DNA of 64,000 nt, taken from contig NW_027266266.1 in the NCBI RefSeq assembly GCF_022045235.1, forward strand, positions 17,732,001-17,796,000. Reading direction: 5' to 3'. This document shows positions 25,161-37,200 of the stretch, one piece after another (within the stretch, counting starts at the first letter, position 1; each line of letters starts with the position of its first letter). The notes beneath the pieces are model-generated. The model did no database searches. It saw only the letters and a list, made by a program, of their open reading frames with translations, and was not told where the DNA came from. Made by a program: the position numbers and the translations under genes. Source of the DNA: Haliotis cracherodii (Eukaryota).

Positions 25161-25427
25161 GAGAGAGAGAGAGAGAGAGAGTAGTGCATGAAAGTAGATG
25201 GCTAATGTGTTATTCTCTTGCGCTTATATCAATATTACACATTTATAAGCAGATGGGCGAAATACTGCCCTTAGTGTTTGGAAGCGTTAGTCAGGAAAAT
25301 ATGGATTGGAGAGGTGAATCTTTGTGGGCAGTGGTGTTCTGGTGTGTCAGGACGTATAGGTTGGGCTTGCTCGTGGTTGTATGTGGGAACTATATGCATG
25401 GCGGCGAGGAATTAGAGTGTAGGATAT

Positions 25428-25765
25428 ATTTGTTTGTTGTTTAACGCCGCACTAAGCAATATTCCAGCTATATGACGGCGGTCTGTAAATAATCGAGTCT
25501 GGACCAGATTAAGTGATATCATGAGCATCAATACCATGAGATGCATCAACCAAGTCAGCTAGCCTGACCACCCGATCACGTTAGTCGCTTCTTACGACAA
25601 GCATGGGTTGCTGCAGACCTATTCTAACCCGGATCTCCACGTGGGTTTCACCGAAGTGGTAAACGTCTGGGACCTACATCACTTCGGGCTTTGCTCACAC
25701 ATTAAGCTGACACGCCACGATATAACTGGAATACTGTTGAAAGCGGCGTTAAAACTCACTTACTC
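25428..25765. mobile_element. SINE family 4 copy (minus, 25428-25641) fused to the 3' half of a family 2 SINE (plus)
   Basis: Similarity to 9480-9744 and 63355-63516. Confidence 0.8.
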
Positions 25766-25840
25766 AAAACGAACAATGGTGAAATCAGCTACACTAAACA
25801 TGGCAGCGTTTTGCCAACACCGCGTGGACTGACGGTCGAG

Positions 25841-25843
<3 letters not shown>

Positions 25844-25905
<62 letters not shown>
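25844..25905. repeat. (GA)n microsatellite
   Basis: Direct inspection. Confidence 0.98.
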
Positions 25906-25908
<3 letters not shown>

Positions 25909-26294
25909 GCGGGGGAGTGTCGCAATCAGTGTGTTAACCTGTGTTGTTGGTATGATTGAGTGTGTCTGAGCATTTCCTAATAACACAATCTACTCCCGAC
26001 AAGTTTCTCCGAAATTGTTCACCAAGTGTGTGACCTTTAATATGATGAAACACTCCATTAGAGAAATGTAAATAAAAATCCCAAATACGGTCACTCTGTA
26101 AATTTAAAATATCTTTGCACAATTTAAAAATAAACTTTCTGAGAAAAGGATCCGTTGTACAGGAGTTTGTGTACAGATTGTGATTGTGGTTAAATGTAAG
26201 ATGCGTATCATATTATATTTAATTGTAAAACAAATACCTGTTGTTACGAAATAAGTATTTACCAAATACTGCTCGTCCTTATAATGTAAATAAG

Positions 26295-26581
26295 TGAGTG
26301 AGTGAGTGAGTGAGTTGTGTTTAACGCCGCTTTTAACAGTATTCCAGTTATATCACGGCGTGTCAGCTTAATGTGGGAGGAAAGCCCGAAGTGATACAGG
26401 TCTCAGACGTTTACCACTTCGATGAAACCCACGAGCACGGATATGGTGCTGACAAACCTAGAAACATAATCGGGGCGAACCGGGAATCGAACCCACAATT
26501 ATAGGTTTCTGGCGTGCCTTAAGGACGCAACTCTGCACAGCGAATCGCGGCGCCTTAGGCGACTGGGCCACCCGTGGCCCC
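26295..26581 (-). mobile_element. Full-length tRNA-derived SINE family 2 with 15-bp TSD
   Basis: TSD tataatgtaaataag at 26280-26294 and 26582-26596; empty paralogous site at ~49363. Confidence 0.95.
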
Positions 26582-27631
26582 TATAATGTAAATAAGACCT
26601 TGTAAGTATTTTACAGTCATAGCAGCAAAGTACAATCACAGCTGTTGCTATTTACTAAAACCATGTATTCAAGGTGTAACACTGCAGCTGTATTGAGTTA
26701 TGTCCCTTGTAAAAACTTTTATGTAAATAAAATTCATAAATGTATGTTTACTGTTCAGTACTGGAAGCTAAAGTTATTGCATTGTACTTGTACTTTTGGT
26801 TCTTGTGCCCTACAACGAATAAACATGCCTGTGAGTTTGTCTGTTTGTCTATCTGTCTGTCTTTACGTCGTATGTACAAACAGGATATATTTCTTCTTGA
26901 GATTAGCACGTGAACAATCACTTGATACGAATATAACTTTGAGAGTAAACTTGCCCCTTGGTGTAGGTCACAGGTACGAGCGCCTGTTTATTATCAGTTA
27001 GCTCCTTCGACAAGCATGTGATACTTGGGGCATTTAGTTGAAGGTGAGATCATAGATAAAAGTACTCCCTTAGGCCAAAAATTATTCGTCAGTCGTACAA
27101 AGTGATAAGTGAGAAAACGAAAGCAATGGAGAATTGAGAACTAATAAATCAAATCATATTTGGAAATATATTCTGATTAGAAAACGTGATTAAAATGCAG
27201 ATTTTAAATTTTAAGGGCAAGAGAGAGAATGTGCAGTCATCTTTTGCCTTACAATGGGCGAGGAGACGTTGATATTGTGGATTGCTGTGCTGAACTAAAC
27301 CATGCGTTATTTTAATAAGGGTAACCGCTGTTTACATCTAATATATGTGAATAAAGTACATGTAAAGTGCTGTCTTTAAGTATATGCTGCTACATACTTA
27401 GATCACCAATGACAGGACTGTGTGCCACATCAGGTAAGTTGAGATAACCTAGTGTTCTTTGCACCCTTGACACGGTGACACTGACTGCGTAATGATAACC
27501 CAATGTGTATACTTGTACTTGTACTCACGCCAGCCACTCCGTAGTAGAAAGCGTCGTGTTATACCCAGAGGTACACGCTCACATCACGCTAACGGACAAG
27601 GACATCTCAGGGGATATTGTACATTCTGAGA

Positions 27632-29095
27632 ATGGCCGAGTTTAAATGTCTTTCCTGGTTGCTGTCATGTACCTACCTGATCTGTCTTTGTAACTGCCAG
27701 GACAGTATTGTGTCTGTCATACAGAGACTAGATCAGTTTCAGGAGGAACTGCTTGATAACAAGGATGATATGATCCGTATGGAGAAAAGGATACTTAATA
27801 TCATAGATGTCGCTAAGACATCATTGAGAGCTGAATTGAAGGAAAACATACGGGATCAGGTGAGAGAAGCCATGGCCGAGATTCTACAAGGAGAGTCTCT
27901 TCAGGACATGGTGAAAAGTCAGGTCGTCTCTGAAGTGTGGCATCTGAAACAGGGCTACCATCAGATGAAGAGGCAATTGCGTCATGTCTCTAGATCCCTC
28001 AAAGACTTTCAGGACGAGACGGGTGAATTTCATGAATCTGTGCTGAAGAAAGCAGATGTGTGGAATCGGGACAACTCAAGTGATACCTGTGTCAGAGATA
28101 AACACAGACTGGAAATAGAACTACGGAAGTGTGATATTTGTGCTGCTGATCTACAGAAAAATATTGAACGATTCATCGTATTGAACGAGACATGCCAGTC
28201 CCAAATATCACAACTGAAAACAGCGCTTGCTATGCCTGCTTCATCCACCGCCCCTGTAAATGTCACCTCAACCCCCAAATCACCAGTGTCAACCACGTCA
28301 GTGACGACACCCAGCCCAGAGGAGGAGAAAAGTAGGATCCTGATTGCTCCAGGCTGGTCAGGCACCCAGCACCAGTTCCGTCAAATCAACATTCACAGTA
28401 ACTCACTTAGTGTCTATCAGTATCACACCATGAAGTATGTGACATCTGTTGCATACATAGTTAAGACAAAGAAACTTCTGATAGGACTAGCCAACCCTGA
28501 TAAAATAGTGTCATCTACACTAGACACAAGTCACGTGACGGTGCTAAGAGAAGGTGTAGAGACATATGGCATGGCCGTGGATGAAGATCGAGACATTGTA
28601 TTCATAGCCACGTATCAACCACGATACTCAATCAACCGCATGTCTACACAAGGGAAAGACTTTACTGCCATCATTGACTTGTCCAAGTACGGAAGCTATC
28701 CCTTTCAAATTACTCTTGACACAAGGAGAAAGAGGATATATGGGTGTAATGAGGGGAAACTGTTCACAGTGACCTATGATGGTCAAGGTCTGGCAACATT
28801 AGTCACAGGAGGTAGCCTGTTTACTGTAACCCTAGATCAGACAGCTGGTGTGTTGTATTATAACATTGAGAAAAAACTTATGAAGATGACAGTGTCCACT
28901 AATGTGAGTACAGAGGTGACCACACTGAGCGCCGTCCCCTGGAACCTGAGACTGTATAGAGACATCATCTACTTCAGTAGCTGGGGTTCCCCTATTGTAG
29001 GTGCAGTGGATGTGACATACAACAATGCTGTATGCACTCTCCAGTCATTATTCATGAAGGGTGCTACTGTATTACTTATGTGTTTGATTCCCTGA
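27632..29095 (+). CDS. Secreted coiled-coil / YWTD-like six-bladed beta-propeller protein, paralog 1 (487 aa, uninterrupted CDS)
   Basis: Intact ORF conserved in three copies; signal peptide MAEFKCLSWLLSCTYLICLCNC|QDS; heptad-rich aa ~25-200; S/T/P linker 201-234; ~40-aa blades such as YGMAVDEDRDIVFIAT, QITLDTRRKRIYGCN, TVTLDQTAGVLYYN. Confidence 0.9.
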   Translation: MAEFKCLSWLLSCTYLICLCNCQDSIVSVIQRLDQFQEELLDNKDDMIRMEKRILNIIDVAKTSLRAELKENIRDQVREAMAEILQGESLQDMVKSQVVSEVWHLKQGYHQMKRQLRHVSRSLKDFQDETGEFHESVLKKADVWNRDNSSDTCVRDKHRLEIELRKCDICAADLQKNIERFIVLNETCQSQISQLKTALAMPASSTAPVNVTSTPKSPVSTTSVTTPSPEEEKSRILIAPGWSGTQHQFRQINIHSNSLSVYQYHTMKYVTSVAYIVKTKKLLIGLANPDKIVSSTLDTSHVTVLREGVETYGMAVDEDRDIVFIATYQPRYSINRMSTQGKDFTAIIDLSKYGSYPFQITLDTRRKRIYGCNEGKLFTVTYDGQGLATLVTGGSLFTVTLDQTAGVLYYNIEKKLMKMTVSTNVSTEVTTLSAVPWNLRLYRDIIYFSSWGSPIVGAVDVTYNNAVCTLQSLFMKGATVLLMCLIP

Positions 29096-29194
29096 ATTCC
29101 ATGATGGATATTCTACCATGAATTTTGGAAAGAGTCAACTGAATCGTTTAGAATCACAAAAAAACATCTCTGATTAAAAAGCTCATTTGGCGGC

Positions 29195-29267
29195 CACTGT
29201 TGCATACGCTCTCCAGTGACTACCCATGAAGGGTGCTACTAATTCACTTATGTGTTTGATTCCCTGA
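29195..29267 (+). pseudogene. Duplicated terminal coding fragment of the propeller gene (TVAYALQ*LPMKGATNSLMCLIP*)
   Basis: Second copy of the last ~24 codons, 172 bp downstream of the first, followed by a second 3'UTR start. Confidence 0.9.
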
Positions 29268-31140
29268 ATTCTATGATGGATATTCTACTTTAAATATCGA
29301 AAATACTCAACTCAGTTGTTTCGAATTACAATAACCAACAGCTGATTTAAACAGCTGATTTGGCGTCCACATCACCATGGAAACTGGCATTTATAGAAGT
29401 ACTTTTTTCTCAGTCATTGTTGGTAGACATTTTATTGTACATTATATTGTATGAATCTTCGTTACAAAGTGCAGAGGTTCCGTCATTCAAAGCACGAGTG
29501 GCAATAGATAGTGGAAGGAAAACACAATGGAACCCGACTGAGTGAGTGTATTTCCAGTTTTGGGGACAAAAGTTAGCTTAAATTAGGCACCTTTCTATAT
29601 CCGACTGTGACGTCACATCATTTGCGTCACAATGAGCGATAATATTTATGCGCTGCGTGGATTAAAACACAGTACGTTTATCAAGTTCCTTCCAAGCGCG
29701 TGACACCTTACATCGCTGTGAGGAGCATGTACGTTTATCTCTTATTCTATTATGAATTTGGAAATTACTCGATTCAGAGGTTGTCATATCACAATAAAGC
29801 CCCACTGATTGAAACGGCCGATTTGACGGCCGCATCACCGCGGAAGCTAATATTAATAGAATAGTACTGTTTTAAGTCATTGACGGTGGGCATATTTCGG
29901 AACGATGAGCGTTCGGTTACAAATTCAATTTAGTGCGGTTAAATCTACATGTAACCTCACTCTACATTGAAAACACAATCAGTCCATCTCCTACATTTTC
30001 CAACACACGCATATTTGAACCTCCATATATGTCCATCATATAGCAGTAGATTATTAAACTCATTTCGATTATTTGAAGTCGGCAAAAGAGTTGATATAAC
30101 TGTACAGCATCGTGTCCCTGATAGAGTGATTTGCAGATTATAGGTTGGAAATAAAATTAAGTTTAGGTTGTAAAGTCGGTGATATGTACTGTAAGATTTT
30201 ATCAATAAATACATCTTCAGAGTTCCATTGTTATTATCCGTTTTTCCAACTTACACAAAACAATGCAAGCTTCTGTACGAAATACCTCTGCTGACACTAA
30301 GGCACCCACCGTCTTTATATTCTGGGAGGGGCCTTGAGATGTTTTTGAACTAATAATTTGTTCCAGAAGAAAATGGAAGATATCAATTTGACCGCAGGTT
30401 TTCCCCAAAAGCCAATTGCCTGGAGGGGGCTGTGTTTCTTGAAGATACTCTAATGTGAAAAACCTTCATTGTGGGGGCTCTTCATTTCACAGAAATACAT
30501 TGTATGTTTTGAAGCAGAGGCTGAAGACATAGCCCCAGAACATTATACAAATACTTACTCTTGACGTAGGGGTCGGGTCCTCGGGTCCAATGACCTCGTC
30601 AAGAGTAATCAGTCGTTGTCGGTATGCCAAAAATCACTTTAAAGTAAGGTATAATTTGCGTATACTATATCAGTATTCCAGGCTAGCTATATAAAGTGCA
30701 AGCACACAAGCACGTTGCTCTTTAAGTGCAATATTCTTGAACGCGATGTGAGACCCCAATTCACCTGAGACTCTTGTGAGCTAGGGGAGATCACTCTTAC
30801 CGCCATGTCCGACAACCCCATAGTGAGACAAGTGCTCGTAATATGTGTGGCGACACGTGTTTAAAAGAGGAAGGCCAGTTTTGAGTCATTCAATTAAAAG
30901 GTTGCTCGACAATCGTTAAATTGGAAATGGAGAGTTTCCTATTAACATATTAATACCATTTTGTTAAATATACACAGTGGAGGATAATGTGTAAAGCGAA
31001 TGGAGATTTTCAAACGCTATCATCAATCCAATTATTCAAATTAAGGTTTTCAATATTAACTCATGATGGCTGGGGTGCTGGGATAGTCTGGCGGTTTGAG
31101 CGTTTGCTCGTCACGCAGAGTGCCCGGGAAAAATATTAAA

Positions 31141-32160
31141 ATGACACTTGGTGGCCGAGTAAAGAAGATACTTGGTGGCAGAGTAAAGAAGACACTTGGT
31201 GACAGAGTAAAGATGGAACTTGGTGGCAGAGTAAAGAAGACACTTGGTGGCAGATTAAAAAAGGGAATTGGTGGCAGAGTAAAAAAGATACTTGGTGGCA
31301 GAGTAAAAAAGACACATGGAGGCAGAGTAAAGAAGACACTTGGTGGAAGAGAAATGAAGACACTTGGTGGAAGAGTAAAGAAGACACTTGGTGGCAGAGT
31401 AAAGAAGGGACTTGGTGGCAGAGTAAAGAAGTCATTTGGTGGCAGAGTAAAGAAGACACTTGGTGGTTGATTAAAGAAGATACTTGGTGGTAGAGTAAAG
31501 AAGACACTTGGTGGCAGAGTAAAGACTCTACTTGGTGGTAGAGTAAAGATGATACTTGGTGGCAGAGTAAAGAAGGGACTTGGTGGCAGAGTAAAGAAGA
31601 CACTTGGTGGCAGAGTAAAGAAGACACTTAGTGGCAGAGTAAAGACGTTACTTGGTGGCAGAGTAAAGACTTTACTTGGTGGCAGAGTAAAGAAAACACT
31701 TGGTGGCAGAGTAAAGACTTTACTTGGTGGCAGAGTAAAGAAAACACTTGGTGGCAGAGTAAAGAAGACGCTTCGTGGCAGAGTAAAAAAGACACTTGGT
31801 GGCATAGAAAAGAAGACACTTGGTGGTAGAGTAAAGAAGACACTTGGTGGCAGAGAAAAGAAGACACTTGGTGGCAGAGTAAAGACGTTACTTGGTGGCA
31901 GAGTAAAGAAGACACTTGGTGGCAGAGTAAAGAAGGGACTTGGTGGCAGAGTAAAGAAGACACTTGGTGGCAGAGTAAAGAAGACACTTGGTGGCAGAGA
32001 AAAGAAGACACTTGGTGGCAGAGTAAAGACGTTACTTGGTGGCAGAGTAAAGAAGACACTTGGTGGCAGAGTAAAGAAGGGACTTGGTGGCAGAGTAAAG
32101 AAGATACTTGGTGGCAGAGTAAAGAAGATACTTGGTGGCAGAGTAAAGAAGATACTTGGT
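31141..32160. repeat. 24-bp satellite (cttggtggcagagtaaagaagaca)
   Basis: Direct inspection; paralogous larger array 57288-59910 has the same left flank. Confidence 0.98.
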
Positions 32161-33044
32161 GTGTTGTCGAGCTTCTGTGTTTCTGATGTGCGTTGTTGTG
32201 ACAGGTTCAAGCTACCCCGCACTTTAATCCACGAGAATGCGCTCACACAATATTAACATGAGTTGGCACATTATGTGAATCTGCATGCAGTGCCTGTTCG
32301 TATGTGCACACTCCTGATCGGATTCGGAGTCAGAACAGGTTTTGTTTGTTGTTTTGCTTGTCATTTGTGTTGGCTTAACATGGGGCGAGGCTCCATACCT
32401 GGTCACAATGTCTTATGACATGGATAAAATAGTGCTGACTCACTCCACCACTCGTGGTATGTCTAGACTTGAGATGTTTCTTTGTTTATGTGATATTTGT
32501 TATCAGCTTTTACTTATCAAATAGAAGTAATCAGAAATGGTGTTTCAATAGGGTGATTAGGATTATGACAGAATTCCAATACACAGATACTATGGTGTTG
32601 CTAGAATATATAAAATGATATACTCATTAAATGATTTTGATTTCTAAGATACAAAGCCTAATGAAATGTAGAATGTTAAACAGCGATTAGACGGTCTTTT
32701 ATATGACGGTTTAATGTCACTAACCTTCTGAAGAGTACTTTGTATTAAAAATGAAGCGATCTTTCACTGTGCTCTTAACACTTTTTAACATTATAATCAT
32801 TCGGATACCTAAATGTGGCTTGATTTTGCATCCCTATTTTCTTGAAGTATAATACTGCAGAAGGCTAGAGTTTTGTGGAGTCTTCACATTCTCTGGTTCT
32901 GTGTTGGGTTCGACTAGGCAGCGCTTCCTGGGTAAAGTTCCATTCGCTGTCTGGCTTGCGTGTAGATTTTAAACTGCAAATAATAACAATGCTGATAATA
33001 ATAGTAATATTAATACTATTAAAATATATTAAATACATGGCATA

Positions 33045-33460
33045 TATGCAGACCCCGCTTTCGGAATGTCACGCTTGCATCCCAAGCACCAAGTTGTCCG
33101 ACTCCCCATTGTTCTCGGTGCCTTAGGTTTGGTACCTCCCAATCCGTTGACTGACATCAGGAGAGTACCCGGGTTTGCTACCAGGAATACAACCCTTCTG
33201 ACAATCTGGTTAATGCAGAAGGCTGCAGTGTTGGGGAGTCTTCACATTCTCCGAAACGTTCTGGGTGGGTTTGACCAGACAGCGCTTCTTGGGAGAAGTC
33301 CCATTCGCTGTCTTGGCTGCATGTAGAGGGGGCAAGGACCCTGAGTTGATGATGAGCCTAACCAGCCTGACTGTGCCAGGATCACCCAAACCCTCTTTGC
33401 TGCATTTTTTATTTTAATCTGTAAATAATGATAATAATAATAATAATGATAATAACAATA
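33045..33460 (+). mobile_element. 3' end of an R4/Dong-like retrotransposon ending in a (TAA)n tract
   Basis: QVVRLPIVLGALGLVPPN...MQKAAVLGSLHILRNVL; overlaps in sequence with 19290-19390; partial second copy at ~32855-33020. Confidence 0.8.
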
Positions 33461-33652
33461 AAAAAATCATAATCATAATATGAAAGGACAATACAACTTG
33501 AAGAAACAAGCAAACAAAGTAAGGCCACCAAACTAGGCACCATGGGGTCTTCTGCCACCTGCATAGAACTCCCAGCAGGACCATCTCTCTACCTGCGATT
33601 GTTGGCACATTTAGCAGAATATTAACAGAACATATACACAACGATTAAAACC

Positions 33653-34192
33653 GTGTGTACCGGTGCTTGTGTGTCATTCACTCCCCAACAGTGTGTATCA
33701 GTGCTTGTGTGTCATTCACTCCCCAACAGTGTGTATCAGTGCGTGTGTGTCATTCACTCCCCAACAGTGTGTATCAGTGCGTGTGTGTCATTCACTCCCC
33801 AACAGTGTGTATCAGTGCTTGTGTGTCATTCACTCCCCAACAGTGTGTATCAGTGCTTGTGTGTCATTCACTCCCCAACAGAGTGTATCAGTGCTTGTAT
33901 GTCATTCACTCCCCAACAGAGTGTATCAGTGCTTGTGTGTCATTCACTCCCCAACAGTGTGTATCAGTGCGTGTGTGTCATTCACTCCCCAACAGTGTGT
34001 GTCGGTGCTTGTATGTCATTCACTCCCCAACAGTGTGTATCAGTGCGTGTGTGTCATTCACTCCCCAACAGTGTGTATCAGTGCTTGTGTGTCATTCACT
34101 CCCCAACAGTGTGTATCAGTGCTTGTAAGTCCTCACAGCCCACCAGAGTGTATCAGTGCTTGTGTGTCATTCACTCCCCAACAGTGTGTATC
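33653..34192. repeat. 38-bp minisatellite
   Basis: cagtgcttgtgtgtcattcactccccaacagtgtgtat with period 38. Confidence 0.95.
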
Positions 34193-34249
34193 AGGTCAAA
34201 TAAAGAGGTCTGTGTTAAAAAAACATTAAATAAATTACCAGACTATCAA

Positions 34250-37200
34250 GATATCTATTGTCATGTAAAGAAGTATATCATGACATCCCCTAGCCATAAG
34301 CAGTGGCCACGTGTTGTCTTGATTTACCACAAGCATAAAGTTCGCAATTTCTTCTCCCTCAGAACTCTACCAACCTGACCGATACTTCAGCAATTCAAAA
34401 CAGAACCATGTGCTATTTCTAACCCTTTTGGAAATATACTTGAGTAAATGAGTTATTAAGTTGAGTGAAAGACTATGATGTTTGAATGATGGAGTAAGTG
34501 GAGTAAATGATATAATGAATGATTGAGTGAATAATTGATACCCCCGTGGCTCATCAGCTGATCTGGATGAATCCTCACCGTCACATACTGAAATAAAGCA
34601 AAATACTTGTGTAAATGAGTTATTAAGTTTAGTGAAAGAATTTTGAATGATTGAGTAAGTTGAGTAAATAATTGAGTAAGCCGGGAGGATCATTCGGATG
34701 AGTAAATGATGGTGTAGGCTGATCAAATCATTGAGTAAGATGAGTGAAAGATTGAACAAGTAGAGTGAATGATTGCGGGAAGCATTTTGTAAATCGCGCA
34801 ATTGAGTAGTTTAGTGATTGAGGAAGTTGAGTTCATGATTGAGTGAATGATTCAGTAAGCTGAGTAAATGATTCACTTAGCTGAGTACATTATTCAGCAA
34901 GTTGACACAATGATTCAGTAAGTTGACGGAATGATTAAGATGAGTGAATGATTAAGATGAGTGAATGATTGTGTAGGTTAGGTGAATGACTGAGGGTAAG
35001 TACCAAAAATACATTCATTCAAAACTTAGAATGAACCATTTACATGCAGTCGATGCGCGGCTTCTTTACCTTACATATCAAATGAATGATATTTTATGAC
35101 TACTGGTCATCTTTCACAGTCAAAAGAAATGTGTATGGTGTCCAGGAATCCCCCAGGGTACCCCACAGCTGCATAAAATACGCACACTATGTCACCGTTA
35201 CCCAGTCACTTTTGAGTTCTTCAAATGTTTACAAATATGCATAAAAAACAAAAGTGACTAATGGCCAATGTAGCCATTTTAGTTCGTACTCCTCTATGTC
35301 CCACAGGCCGTTTCTACTGAACGAATAAACGCATCATGTATACACGAACAGATGCAACTTAGAAGTCACCTGAAACAGCACCCAAAGCAGAATTATTGTC
35401 TAACTCACTGGTTCATTAATACCCAACAGAACAGCCCCCGGGAAGTAGAAATATGTTAAAAACCCATAGGGAATTGGGCCCAGCGTTTATAATTTTAATT
35501 TCCGACTGACAGTTTTCTCAGATTCATCTTCGGCACCGCAGTATAAAAGTTCTCTAAATCTCGAGGCCCAGCGTTTAATGGAGATCCTGCATTTATTGTT
35601 TTCAGACACCCCTACGCCGGCGTTTAATTGAGGAAATACGGTAACCTGCATCTATCCAGTCCATGGAACACAGCCTTGTTATCAGAGGTCACAACTGACA
35701 ATGTTACACCCTCGCAACGGAGATGTCATCGTGACATCACACGCAAAGGGTTAACACACCTCTCTGCAAAACAAACTGTCGTCTCAAAGTTTTCAAAACA
35801 TACTTACATTTCCAATGACCTCGAAATGTATACATCACATATTCAAGTCTGACGGTAACACCCAGCACTTAGTCTATTCTTGCACAATGCAAATGATGAC
35901 GATACATCTGCTCGTCCTAAATACTGCGAGGCATCCCCTTTCCCAAATGACGTTGTCTACATTATGAGCAACCAGAACTGTGAATTTTACCTTCACTGCA
36001 ATAATAACAATAAAAAAAATCAATCCCTTTTCACCACAGATTCTACGACAGCACTATTTACGCAGTTTGTTACATCAACTCCATGAAAAAAGCGGTAGGC
36101 TTTACTTCTTGTACATATTGCACAGTTTCGCTTCCTTCATATGTCTTCAGAACTACTTCCTTAAGGCATAACATCTTGGGGACGGTCGGGTAGCCTAGTG
36201 GTTAAAGCGTTCGCTCGTCACGCCGAAGACCCGGGTCCGATTCCCGACATGGGTACAATGTGTGAAGCCTATTTCTGGTGTCCCCCGCCGTGATATTGCT
36301 GGAATATTGCTTAAAGCGGTGTAAAACCATACTCACTCACTCACTCATAACATCTTGGGATAACAGTGTAAACATCCAATGTCAAACTACCAAAAGTACA
36401 ATCGCAGTCAGTCCTCAATACAATGAATGGTACAATTTGCAAGTCAGCCCTCATGGTAATGGTACAATGTGCATGGAATACCACACAACGGGACAAACTA
36501 TTTTTCCTGAAGGATTTCTAATTGAGCCTACAGCGAAGATTGTCAGCCTGCTGTGTACATAAACCGGATCATACCATGAACATTAAGCGAAATGAATGTA
36601 AATTTATTTAAATTTGTTAGGATCTTGTATACGTAGTATAAACTTAAAGCGAGTGATATTTATTAGCCTGTATTAGGAATATTTTTATATACTGTATATA
36701 TAACAGTGCAGCCTTGTCAATGGGACATTTCACCCTCACATACCACGAGGAAACTCACCCACTTTGGGTTCATTGGGTTAAACAATTCATTTTCACAGAA
36801 TTTGACTGAATAAACACACCATTAAGGCAAACAAACAATTATTACAATTAACACTGCTTTGGCAAATATCAATCAATTACTACATTTCCATGTCAATGTG
36901 AGTTTTAGAGAGGGGTTTTTAATCTTTTTTAATAATGTCCAACATATCCTGATACGATATATGTTGACGCCAGGTCAATTTCTCAAGGAAAGTATTCGCA
37001 CTATTAGTTTGACAATATTCTGATAAGTGTTTCAAAAATACTAGTATAAAGAACATTGATTGGTCACAACACATATTGTGGTATAGAGAAATATATCCTT
37101 GATCGTGTAAGCTTGAACTTACAATTTCCGGTTTCCGAATGGCTTTGGCAATGACTGTTGAGGTTTCCAACAAAAAGCCCTTTGGGATGGCACTTGCTGA

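Noticed and set aside
25578-25645. Apparent compensatory change in the outer stem of the family 4 head (CACGT/ACGTG)
   Set aside because: One of the two changed bases comes from the fused family 2 SINE at the junction, so it is coincidental.
29606-29617. CRE palindrome tgTGACGTCAca downstream of all three propeller genes
   Set aside because: Surrounding flank is equally conserved, so there is no evidence of specific constraint.
31056-32256. 396-aa and 235-aa repetitive ORFs
   Set aside because: Same 24-bp satellite.
36181-36255. tRNA genes
   Set aside because: tRNA-like A/B boxes continue into SINE bodies with simple-repeat tails and TSDs; no complete cloverleaf.
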